This document shows positions 28,401-42,200 of a stretch of DNA of 64,000 nt, piece after piece. Numbering within the stretch: position 1 is the stretch's first letter; each line of letters starts with the position of its first letter. The notes beneath the pieces are model-generated. The model was not told where the DNA came from and did no database searches. It saw nothing but the letters and a program-made list of their open reading frames with translations. The DNA comes from Bugula neritina (Eukaryota > Animalia > Bryozoa): NCBI GenBank assembly GCA_964035545.1, contig OZ037766.1, forward strand, positions 124,001-188,000, read 5' to 3'. Made by a program: the position numbers and the translations under genes.

Positions 28401-30249
28401 CTTACTATAATAACTTACTATAATAACTTACTATGATAACTTACTATAATAACTTACTATAATAACTTACTATGATAACTTACTATAATAACTTACTATA
28501 ATAACTTACTATGATAACTTACTATAATAACTTACTATAATAACTTACTATGATAACTTACTATAATAACTTACTATAATAACTTACTATACTAACTTAC
28601 TATAATAACTTACTATAATAACTTACTATAATAACTTACATGGTGGAGGAAGGCGTGTAGCTCAGGGTGACTACTAGGATTGCCAGTCACCTCAAAAAGA
28701 GGCAAGAAAATGTTTTCTAGAAGCTCTCCAAAGTTATCCAGCTGTTTGTTAGCCTTGTAGATGTCACTGTAACAGAAGAGCTCAATGGTTGCTGAATATA
28801 TAGTTTACTTGTGAGCAAAACTTTGATTTATTCTAGAAATACGACTAGAATAGCCTCAAAAACTGGACCACTTACTATAGCCTGGGAATCTGCACCATCC
28901 ACACGACGTTGGGGGAGTGAACTTTGTGTCTGATTGCCCACTTGGCAAGGTCGTCCCACTCGTTGCGAGATCTACCGTAGATGGAGAGTCTGAACTCGGC
29001 ATTCTGGTACTTACTCTCTTCCAGATCACTCATCACTTCCTGTGTATACGTATGTAATATATATGACAGAGTGAGTAATATATATATGATATAGTGAGTA
29101 ATATATATGATATAGTGAGTAATATATTTGATATAGTGAGTAATATATATGATATAGTGAGTAATATATATATGATATAGTGAGTAATATATATGATATA
29201 GTGAGTAATATATTTGATATAGTGAGTAATATATTTGATATAGTGAGTAATATATATGATAGAGTGAGTAATATATATGATATAGTGAGTAATATACATG
29301 ATATAGTGAGTAATATATATGATAGAGTGAGTAATATATATGATATAGTGAGTAATATATATATGATATAGTGAGTAATATATATATGATATAGTGAGTA
29401 ATATATATGATATAGTGAGTAATATATATGATATAGTGAGTAATATATATGATAGAGTGAGTAATATATATGATATAGCGAGTAATATAAAAGATGACAC
29501 AGCGAGTAATATAAAAGATGACACACCTTCATCAACTCAGCAAAGTACCTGCCCTGCATGTCATTATTAGTCTTCATGAAAATGTCTCTTACGACAGAAG
29601 CACCAATAGGATTGTACTTGGAGTTGAACTTATCAAATCTGTGAAATGTGTTCTTCCCTCCCTAAAACAAAGAGTTATTCAACCAATAGGAAAATAATAT
29701 ACTTACACAGTGTACATACAGTATATATACTTACACAGTGTACGTACAGTATATATACTTGCACAGTGTACATACAGTATATATACTTACACAGTGTACG
29801 TACAGTATATATACTTACACAGTGTACGTACAGTATATACTTACACAGTGTACGTACAGTATATATACTTACACAGTGTATGTACAGCATATATACTTAC
29901 ACAGTGTACGTACAGTATATATACTTACACAGTGTAAATACAGTATATATACTTACACAGTGTACGTACAGTATATACTTACACAGTGTATGTACAGCAT
30001 ATATACTTACACAGTGTACGTACAGTATATATACTTACACAGTGTAAATACAGTATATATACTTACACAGTGTACGTACAGTATATATACTTACACAGTG
30101 TACGTATAGTATATACTTACACAGTGTACGTCCAGCACATCTACGGACAAGTCAAAGGCACCGACTCCAACACTCTTGAACACCTTACAAATATAATATA
30201 ATATACTATAATATAATATAATAATATAGTGCAATAATATTATTATAAA

Positions 30250-30288
<39 letters not shown>

Positions 30289-33200
30289 ATAATAATAATA
30301 ATAATAACTATAAATTAATATATGTACAAGGAATTTTCAATGCGTGTTACTAATACAGAATTACATTACTATAGTAATACAGATATTATATTACTACAGC
30401 TATACAGATATATTACTACAGCTATACAGATATATTACTATAGTAATACAGATATTATATTACTACAGCTATACAGATATATTACTGCAGCTATACAGAT
30501 ATTATATTACTACAGCTATACAGATATATTACTACAGCTATACAGATATATTACTACAGCTATACAGATATATTACTACAGCTATACAGATATATTACTA
30601 CAGCTATACAGATATATTACTACAGCTATACAGATATATTACTACAGCTATACAGATATATTACTGCAGCTATACAGATATATTACTACAGCTATACAGA
30701 TATATTACTACAGCTATACAGATATATCACTTTAGTAATACAGATATTATATTACTACAGCTATACAGATATATTACTGCAGCTATACAGATATATTACT
30801 GCAGCTATACAGATATATTACTACAGCTATACAGATATATTACTACAGCTATACAGATATATTACTACAGCTATACAGATATATTACTACAGCTATACAG
30901 ATATATTACTACAGCTATACAGATATATTACTACAGCTATACAGATATATTACTACAGCTATACAGATATATTACTATAGCTATACAGATATATTACTAC
31001 AGCTATACAGATATATTACTGCAGCTATACAGATATATTACTACAGCTATACAGATATATTACTATAGCTATACAGATATATTACTACAGCTATACAGAT
31101 ATATTACTGCAGCTATACAGATATATTACTACAGCTATACAGATATTATATTTCTACAGCTATACAGATATATTAGAGCAGGTTGTGTACACACAGCATA
31201 AAGTCATCAGTCACCCGGAGATATAGGCAGCACTAAGGCGCCTCACCCCTCAGCCCACTGACACACGCTGCACCATAATCTAATTATCTCCCCTCTTAAG
31301 TGCCCCAGGCTATGATTAGCTGGTCATAAATCAGATTCATTAACAAAACAATAACCAATAATCTAAACTAGTAGCAACGTGTGAGATGGCTTCAAGTGAG
31401 AGAACAGAATATTCCAGCAGTTAATGCAGAGAGATGAGGGAGGGAGAGAGTGGGAAGAGGAGACACTGAAAATGAACGTGTTTGAATCGGTGGGAATAGC
31501 CTATCTGTGTTTACTGGATGCTATCATTATTAGCGGCAACTTCTTTGTGTTTGGTTTAATTTGTTTCAATCCGAAACTGAGGAACGCTACAGGTGAGGGT
31601 TCAATGTCAGCATATTCTAGACACAGGTTAACATATACATCCGGCTGTGACTAACCATTAGTAACTGACTGAGTGACGGACTGTGAGTGACGGACCGTGA
31701 GTGACGGATTGTGAGTGACGGACTGTGAGTGACGGACTGTGAGTGACGGACTGTGAGTAACTGACTGTGAGTAACGGACTGTGAGTAACTGATTTTATGG
31801 CAGAAACGAGTGATAACCTTTACAGTTCCTTGCATAATACAAGTATAACGCCTGGTTCTGAGAAGTTGCGAGTCAGGGAAGGGGGGGTCACAGGACACCC
31901 GTAATGAGTCCCCAATTCACTGGGACAACAGCAGACAATTATTCTGTTATTTAAATTTTAAGCTCTAAACAGAAATTAGAGAAATTTAGAAGTTGTGTTT
32001 TCCTTTCACTGCTCAGAGTTTATATTATAATGTGCATATATATTATATATTATATTACAATGTCCACAATATATTATATATTATATATTATATAAGGTGA
32101 CTATGCTATTATTCTCACAGGTTTCATCATTGGCAACCTGATGCTGTGTGACCTGATGCTAGGAGCCTTAGTTCCACTGTCTATCAGCACACTGGTGGCG
32201 GGGGAGTGGAGGTTCGGTACCACAGCCTGCACTATAAGTGGATTCAGTGTGACTGTAGCTAACTGCGCTGCCAACTGGGCTCTGTGTCTAGTCAGCGTGG
32301 AGCGTTACTTTGCAATACTACACCCATTCAACCACAGTCTGTACGTGCAGTACATCAAGTACATAAGTTTAGTATTGTGGCTGTTCGTATTGGCTCACAA
32401 CTCGGTAATGTTGCAGTACGCAGACGCATTCATCGTGATAGAAGACATGTACATGTGCGGCCCCAACATGCGAGACTACCCCATGTACATCGTCCTACTC
32501 AACGTCTTTGATCTCCTGCTACCCAACATCATCATAGTCTACACCTACATCAAGATACACCAGGAGGTGCAGAGACACAACAAAGAGATCGCTGTCAACA
32601 CGCTGCGGAGTACGTCTACTCGAGGAGACGAGTTGGATACGCAGCAGACAGCCGAGTGGAAGGCAGCGCTAGTCATCATAGCCATAGTGGGCGTGTTCAA
32701 CGTGTGCTGGGTGCCATTCGGCATAGGTATGCTCGCATACGCCCTCAAGGCGCCCATGCCCTACGGCATAGCGGCGTCTCTATTCTGGATAGCCATGACC
32801 CAGGCGGGGGTCAACCCCCTAGTCTACACAATTCTTAACAGAACTTACCGGAAGGAAATGGTGAGAATGATAAAGTGTCAGCTGCCAATACAAAGAGAGT
32901 TGTCGGCTGTGTCATTGTAACACTAAACCTACCAGCAGCTACGTGTTACTAGTCCACACTAAACCTACCACCAGCTACGTGTTACTACACAACACTAAAC
33001 TTACCACCAGCTACACAGCCGTCTAAGACTGCCAGAGTAAAAGATACTGGAAGCTGTTAGAGCAGACGGCTAACTAATGCCTGCTGCTAGACATACGAGG
33101 AGAAAACTCCAAATAAACCTGCAGCTAAGAGTAGAGTGACTAGACCAACGCGACCTTGAACTAGCAGACTCAGCAAGTAGCAGCTACAAACTGCTCTCTA

Positions 33201-36200
33201 TGCAATCAACTACTTCAGAATGTCTACAGATAAACTTGTTCACAATACTTGCGATGTCTTCAAACAAAGCCAAGACAGAAATTGTTATGTTATCGTATTT
33301 CTGCCAGTTTCTACAAAGGTGTGCATATTATATAATTTATAATCTATAGAATGTCTAATAAATTTGTTTCATGAATATACAAATACAAACTTTTGCTAAG
33401 AGAAGTGAAGATATATGACTGAAATATGATAGTGATATATACCTATATAGCATATGATTGAGACCAACAACTACCAGAAAATACCTTAATGACAAATAGT
33501 GGGTGACAGAGTGAGAGAGTGAGAGAGTGACAGAGTGAGAGAGTGACAGAGTGAGAGAGTAACAGAGTGACAGAGTGACAGAGTGAGAGAGTGAGAGAGT
33601 AACAGAGTGAGAGAGTAACAGAGTAGCAGAGTGACAGAGTGATAGTGAGACAGAGTAACAGAGTGACAGAGTAACAGAGTGACAGAGTGAGAGAGTAACA
33701 GAGTAACAGAGTGACAGAGTGAGAGAGTGAGAGAGTGACAGAGTGTCAGCTGAACTCTGACCTCCCCAAGAGTCATCATCTCGCCGGTAGACTTGTTCCT
33801 CGTCGCGGGAACGTCTGCTTCTGTCTTCATCTTCTTCTTCATGAACCGCAGCAGATGTTTCTGGTTCATACAGGAGGAGGCGTGGATGTGAGTGTCAACC
33901 TGTAATATACTGTGTAATATACTGTGTAATATACTGTGTAATATACTGTGTAATATACTGTGTAATATACTGTGTAATATACTCTGTAATATACTCTGTA
34001 ATATACTGTGTAATATACTCTGTAATATACTCTGTAATATACTGTGTAATATACTGTGTAATATACTCTGTAATATACTGTGTAATATACTCTGTAATAT
34101 ACTGTGTAATATACTGTGTAATATACTCTGTAATATACTGTGTAATATACTGTGTAATATACTGTGTAATATACTCTGTAATATACTCTGTAATATACTG
34201 TGTAATATACTGTGTAATATACTCTGTAATATACTGTGTAATATACTGTGTAATATACTGTGTAATATACTGTGTAATATACTGTGTAATATACTCCGTA
34301 ATATACTGTGTAATATACTCCGTAATATACTGTGTAATATACTCTGTAATATACTGTGTAATATACTGTGTAATATACTCTGTAATATACTGTGTAATAT
34401 ACTCTGTAATATACTGTGTAATATACTGTGTAATATACTCTGTAATATACTCTGTAATATACACTGTAATATACTCTGTAATATACTCTGTAATATACTG
34501 TGTAATATACTCTGTAATATACTGTGTAATATACTGTGTAATATACTGTGTAATATACTGTGTAATATACTGTGTAATATACTCTGTAATATACTGTGTA
34601 ATATACTGTGTAATATACTCTGTAATATACTCTGTAATATACTCTGTAATATACACTGTAATATACTCTGTAATATACTGTGTAATATACTCTGTAATAT
34701 ACACTGTAATATACTCTGTAATATACTCTGTAATATACTGTGTAATATACAGTGATACTCTGTCACTCACTTTACGGATGTTATAGAAATCTCTATGAGG
34801 CACTCTCTTCTGGGCCACAGACTCCAGGTTTTCATTCAACAAGCAGTGAAGGTGGAACTTGGAGCTGAGATACTGGAGTCTTCTGTAGGCAAACGACTTC
34901 CTGTCAAGTAGACAGAGAGAGCACAACTCTGACAACACATTTACACTTACATATAGCAATGTTAGTATTGACTGCTGTTAGCTAGACACGCTGTCAGCTA
35001 GACACGCTGTTAGCTAGACACGCTGTCAGCTAGACACGCTGTCGGCTAGACACGCTGTCAGCTAGACACGCTGTCAGCTAGACACGCCGTTAGCTAGACA
35101 CGCCGTTAGCTAGACACGCTGTCAGCTAGACACGCTGTCGGCTAGACACGCTGTCGGCTAGACACGCTGTCAGCTAGACACGCTGTCAGCTAGACACGCT
35201 GTCAGCTAGACACGCTGTCAGCTAGACACGCTGACTCAACTCACAGAGGGCCGTCGCTGATGAGAGACAGCATGATGTTGAGTTCTGCCAGGTACGACTG
35301 TCTGTCCGGATACGGCCATTCTATTGGCCGACCCTCGGCAGCGCTGCCCTCGTCCTCGTATACGTGCAGCACTCCCTCCACCATGCGGTACGTGAACTTC
35401 AGGTTGCCTAGCAACGGCACGTCAAACGGATCTCCTTCCTTTCTCGGAGGGTGGATGGGGAAATCTGCAGCAGAAGTATACTGTAGTAGAGTGTAATATA
35501 CTGCAGTATAGTGTAATATACTGTAGTATAGTGTAATATACTGTAGTAGTGTAATATACTGTAGTATTTTGTAATATACTGTAGTATAGTGTAATATACT
35601 GTAGTATAGTGTAATATACTGTAGTAGTGTAATATACTGTAGTATAGTGTAATATACTGTAGTATAGTGTAATATACTGTAGTATAGTGTAATATACTGT
35701 AGTAGAGTGTAATATACTGTAGTAGAGTGCAATATACTGTAGTATAGTGTAATATACTGTAGTATAGTGTAATATACTGTAGTATAGTGTAATATACAGC
35801 AAGTATAGTGTAATATACTGTAGTAAAGTGTAATATACTGTAGTAGAGTGTAATATACTGTAGTATAGTGTAATATACTGTAGTAGTGTAGTGTAATATA
35901 CTGTAGTATAGTGTAATATACTGTAGTATAGTGTAATATACTGTAGTAGTGTGTAATATACTGTAGTAGTGTAGTGTAATATACTGTAGTATAGTGTAAT
36001 ATACTGTAGTATAGTGTAATATACTGTAGTAGTGTGTAATATACTGTAGTAGTATAGTGTAATATACTGTAATATAGTGTAATATACTGTAGTATAGTGT
36101 AATATACTGTAGTATTGTGTAATATACTGTAGTATAATGTAATATACTGTAGTATAGTGTAATATACTGTAGTATAGTGTAATATACTGTAGTAGTGTAA

Positions 36201-39200
36201 TATACTGTAGTATTGTGTAATATACTGTAGTATAATGTAATATACTGTAGTATAGTGTAATATACTGTAGTATAGTGTAATATACTGTAGTATAGTGTAA
36301 TATACTGTAGTATAGTGTAATATACTGTAGTATAGTGTAATATACTGTAGTATAGTGTAATATACTGTAGTATAGTGTAATATACTGTAGTAGAGTGTAA
36401 TATACTGTAGTATAGTGTAATATACTGTAGTATAGTGTAATATACTGTAGTATAGTGTAATATACTGTAGTATAGTGTAATATACTGTAGTATAGTGTAA
36501 TATACAGTAGTATAGTGTAATATACTGTAGTATAGTGTAATATACTGTAGTATAGTGTAATATACTGTAGTATAGTGTAATATACCGTAGTATAGTGTAA
36601 TATACTGTAGTATAGTGTAATATACTGTAGTATAGTGTAATATACTGTAGTAGTGTAATATACTGTAGTATAGTGTAATATACTGTAGTATAGTGTAATA
36701 TACTGTAGTATAGTGTAATATACTGTAGTAATGTAAAGCAGCAGAACAGACGGCAGCAGTTGTTAGGTATGAAGCAGCACACAGGAAGTGATCAAATCAA
36801 ACGGCCAATCACACATGGGTATAGAAAATGTTAGCCTATTAGAATAGGCATCACATGAGGTGCTGGCCCACCTTTCCATATTCATGTATAACTTGTTCTT
36901 CACTGTTAAATTTGTGAACAATACTGCACCAATATGTATCATGAGAAGGAAAACCACGCACGAAAGAAGACAATTCCAAGTTGATCTTAGCAAAGAGAAA
37001 GACAACTCCGAGAAAAGCAAAATTAACCATGTAGAATTTAATTGTTAGTGTAACTCTATTTCTCCCCTTCTACATAAGAGAGTATATAATACTACTCTAT
37101 TTCTCTCCTTCTACATACGAGAGTATATAATACTACTCTATTTCTCTCCTTCTACATACGAGAGTATATAATACCAGAGTATATAATACGAGAGTATATA
37201 ATACGAGAGTAGAAAGGTAGCAAGGTATCACTGTGTCTACTGAGTATAAACTAACAGATAAAAAGATAAAAGAACAAAACAGAAACAGAAAACCAAAACT
37301 CAAAGTATATCATTATTTCACCTGCCGTGGAGTTTGTTCTGGGAGGAGTGGAAGTTGGCCCTGTGACGAAACGAAATGAGACAGTTACCTGCGCTATTAC
37401 ACATAGTTACCTGCGCTATTACACAAAGTCACCTGCGCTATTACACACAGCTACCTGCGCTATTACACATAGTTACCTGCGCTATTACACATAGTTACCT
37501 GCGCTATTACACATAGTTACCTGCGCTATTACACATAGTTACCTGCGCTATTACACACAGTTACCTGCGCTATTACACATAGTTACCTGCGCTATTACAC
37601 ATAGTTACCTGCGCTATTACACATAGTTACCTGCGCTATTACACATAGTTACCTGCGCTATTACACACAGTTACCTGCGTTATTACACATAGTTACCTGC
37701 GCTATTACACATAGTTACCTGCGCTATTACACACACCAAACACATGTTTGTTTGTTTGTTTTTATTTTGTCGTAGTCGGGGAAAAAATTAATTGAGAAAA
37801 AATAAACAAAATGACAGGGCCTATGGCGCAATAGCACTGTAGCTAGTCGAGGCACCGAGCCACGAATGGTTGACAGTTATATAATATTTTTGCTTAGGTT
37901 TTTGGAAGTTTTAGCAACTCAAAAAGTATTATTTTTTTATCTGGAAATTTGCCATTAGATGGTCTCTCAGGGCAAGTTTGAAACCAGCCTCCCTCCCCAC
38001 AGCACGAATAGAACTAGGCAATTCATTCCATAGCGTCGAACATTGGAATTCCACTCTTCGTTGACCTGCAGCAGTTGATGATAGAGGAGTTTGTAGGCTG
38101 AACTCTGAAAATCTTGTGGGATAGTTATGTGTGAGATGTGTTAGTTGAGAATAGTAAAGTTTATGTGAGAGCAGTATTAGTTTGAATTTGTGTAGAGTGT
38201 GAATAGGCATGATTGAAGAACTAAGAAACAGTGGTTTAGATGGGGAAAGGTGATGCTTTTTATATATAATTCTCAGTATTTTCTTTTGTAGTAAAAGTAA
38301 TGGTTCAAGATAAATGTTTGCTGCATTACCCCACGATTCTAGGCAATATGTTAATTTAGAATTTACAAAAGAGTTATATATTTGTATTAGAATTTTTCTA
38401 GGTAGGTGATTGGAACATTTACTTATCAAGCCTACTAAGGGCCTTAGGTTTTGACAAAGTTTGCTGCAATGTTGTTGCCAAGAAAGATGTGAATCTATTA
38501 TAATACCTAAGAAGGTAGTTGATTTTACCTCCACTAATTTTTTGTTAAACATTTCTAAGGCAAAGCCATTTAAATCTTGTTTATTTTGCGCTGTTTTGAT
38601 TATCATATAGTTTGTTTTACTCATGTTTACAGTTAATTTATTTTTATTGCACCAATTTTCTATTTTCTTTAATTCACAGTTTATGATGTCCATATTTCAA
38701 TGTCAACACTGACTGCTAATCAATGCACATAGAGAATTTAATATATGGTCTCTCTCTAAGACGTGTAGCCTGAGGGACATGCATGTACCTTTACACGTAA
38801 TGCAGGAGGGATAACCTCTATATAAAGATACTAATGTACCAATCAGCTAGCAGTAAACACAAACTCTGCATACTGAATAAAGTGGCAAATCAGAGCAAGG
38901 GTTATATAGTTGAAGGCGTTAGCTGCACCAATCACACTCAACATCTGTGTCTATAAACATTCAGGTGTCACTCAGTCTTACCGTCTTCATCCTCCATTGC
39001 TACGTCGTATAAGTCTGAGAGAAAGAGACAGACAAAGTAGAGACTACAGAATATTCAATGTAGCATACCCCGGCTACTTCCACCCCTGCTACTTCCACCC
39101 CTGCTACCTCCACCCCTGCTACCTGTACCTTTACTACCTCCACCCCTGCTACCTGTACCCCTGCTACTTCCACCCCTGCTACCTCCACCCCTGCTACTTC

Positions 39201-42200
39201 CACCCCTGCTACCTCCACCCCTGCTACTTCCACCCCTGCTACTTCCACCCCTGCTACTTCCACCCCTGCTACTTCCACCCCTGCTACTTCCACCCCTGCT
39301 ACCTCCACCCCTGCTACTTCCACCCCTGCTACTTCCACCCATACTACACACACACTCAAAGCTCTTAACTCACCAGCAATAGACCTCTTCCTCAGCATGT
39401 TCCCCTCCCCCTCCAACAGTTTCTCATCTTCAAAGATGTTACACACACCGGCATCGCTGACTTTGGCCAACATCTTAGCCACCGGCCGGTAGAACTCCTG
39501 GAGGGAAGCTTTCATGTACCGCTGTCGGAGCAGCAGCGCCTTCACGATCTGCTCGGAGCATCTTTTCAGCTCTTCAGTGGGAACCTGCAAGACATTAGGA
39601 GTTGTCTGTCCACTGTATACTCGCACACACATATATATATATAATACACCAATTATATGACATTCAGTATCTCACCCCGCTGTGGTCCTCCCCGCTAATA
39701 GCCACCCTCTGGAAGTCCAGCTCCAGGTCTCTCGTGTTTTTCATATGGCGAGACGACTCCTGGTCCAGTTGACTGGACGTTGAGGAGCTGGAGTGGAGCG
39801 ACTCAGACATGTCTGGGTCCATAGCAACACTGTAAACAAGTAACCATAGCAACACTGTAAACAAGTAACCATAGCAACACTGTAAACAAGTAACCATAGC
39901 AACACTGTAAACAAGTAACCATAGCAACACTGTAAACAAGTAACCATAGCAACACTGTAAACAAGTAACCATAGCAACACTGTAAACAAGTAACCATAGC
40001 AACACTGTAAACAAGTAACCATAGCAACACTGTAAACAAGTAACCATAGCAACACTAAACAAGTAACCATAGCAACACTGTAAACAAGTAACCATAGCAA
40101 CACTGTAAACAAGTAACCATAGCAACACTTCAAGTATGTAACTACCTGGCAAGAATATCCACATTCTGGAGCAAACTGAGGCGTCATGCAACTGAGAAAC
40201 AGCCAGTGGTAGCGGCAGACACACAGACAGACACACAGACAGACACAAGACTGGCTAGCACATGCTATGATATAACAGAGAGAGGAGACCGTACCTTCTA
40301 ACATGGGATGTGTCGGGGATAGAAGAGGTGTTCTGGGTGGAGTCATGGGCTAGGTCAAGGCTAGTTTGTGCCAGGGTACCAGTTCTACAGACAAACATGG
40401 GCTATGCAGGTAAATCAGTACTCAGGTATGTCAGTATATCAGTACTCAGGGGTCAGGGGTCATGGCAAGGCGAACATTCACACTAAATGCAATTTCACTG
40501 ATGAGATTGCTGTAGAAAATCTGTTAATGTTTCCATAATTATATTATATTCAGAGTCAACAACTACCAATACACTAGCAGCTAAATGTTATTATACTCAC
40601 TATAACATACTAACTATATACTATATACTCACTGTATACTAACTATATACTAACTATATACTAACTATATACTAACTATATACTATATACTCATAGAAAT
40701 ATGTCACATGACCAGTGAAGAGAGAAACAACAAGGAATAACTATCCATCATTAGTAATAACAATACAACAATAATAATATTATAATTACTCAGCAGGTTA
40801 AACAATAGACAGGTCATTATATGCGAGTAGTAGAAATTCTGTCAGTAAATATTGTTTGTTAATTTCATATACAGTAATATACATTATATAATATACAGTA
40901 ATATACATTATATAATATACAGTAATATACATTATATAATATACAGTAATATACATTATATACTATACAGTAATATACATTATATAATATACAGTAATAT
41001 ACATTATATAATATACAGTAATATACATTATATACTATACAGTAATATACATTATATAATATACAGTAATATACATTATATAATATACAGTAATATACAT
41101 TATATAATATACAGTAATATACATTATATACTATACAGTAATATACATTATATAATATACAGTAATATACATTATATAATATACAGTAATATACATTATA
41201 TACTATACAGTAATATACATTATATAATATACAGTAATATACATTATATAATATACAGTAATATACATTATATAATATACAGTAATATACATTATATAAT
41301 ATACAGTAATATACATTATATAATATACAGTAATATACATTATATACTATACAGTAATATACATTATATAATATACAGTAATATACATTATATAATATAC
41401 AGTAATATACATTATATAATATACAGTAATATACATTATATACTATACAGTAATATACATTATATAATATACAGTAATATACATTATATAATATACAGTA
41501 ATATACATTATATAATATACAGTAATATACATTATATAATATACAGTAATATACATTATATACTATACAGTAATATAACATATACTATATACAATAATAT
41601 ATCATATACTATACAGTAATATAACATATACTATACAGTAATATAACATATACTATACAGTAATATAACATATACTTTATATATTGTAGTAAAAATTCTC
41701 ACTTTCGGGATATTTTATCCTCCAGCAACTCACGGTGACGCTTCTTGTCAATGGGGAAATGTGGCATCTCAAAAGGAGTGCAAAGTTCAAACCTACTTGA
41801 GTCCATATCTTCGTTCACCGAGCACAAAGCGCTGCCACTAGTCGAGAACTGCTTCAGTAGATGCTTAGCTTTCTATAAAATATAATTCTAGAACTGAAGA
41901 TGAAATGTGCAGAATATTATACACTGAAGATGAAATGTGCAGAATACACACTGAAGATGAAATGTGCAGAATATACACTGAAGGTGAAATGTGCAGAATA
42001 TATACTGAAGATGAAATGTGCAGAATATATACTGAAGGTGAAATGTGCAGAATATACACTGAAGGTGAAATGTGCAGGATACACACTGAAGACACTAGTT
42101 ACTTCTACAAGTACATCCGACCAGTAAGTATCTCAATACAAGTCAGATGAACACTTTACTAGTAGCCGACAGAAAACTGTGGACATAAGATGCAAAAACT

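Noticed and set aside
31424-32920. GPCR as opsin, amine receptor or adenosine receptor
   Set aside because: Lacks Lys7.43, Asp3.32 and Asn6.55/His7.43 respectively.
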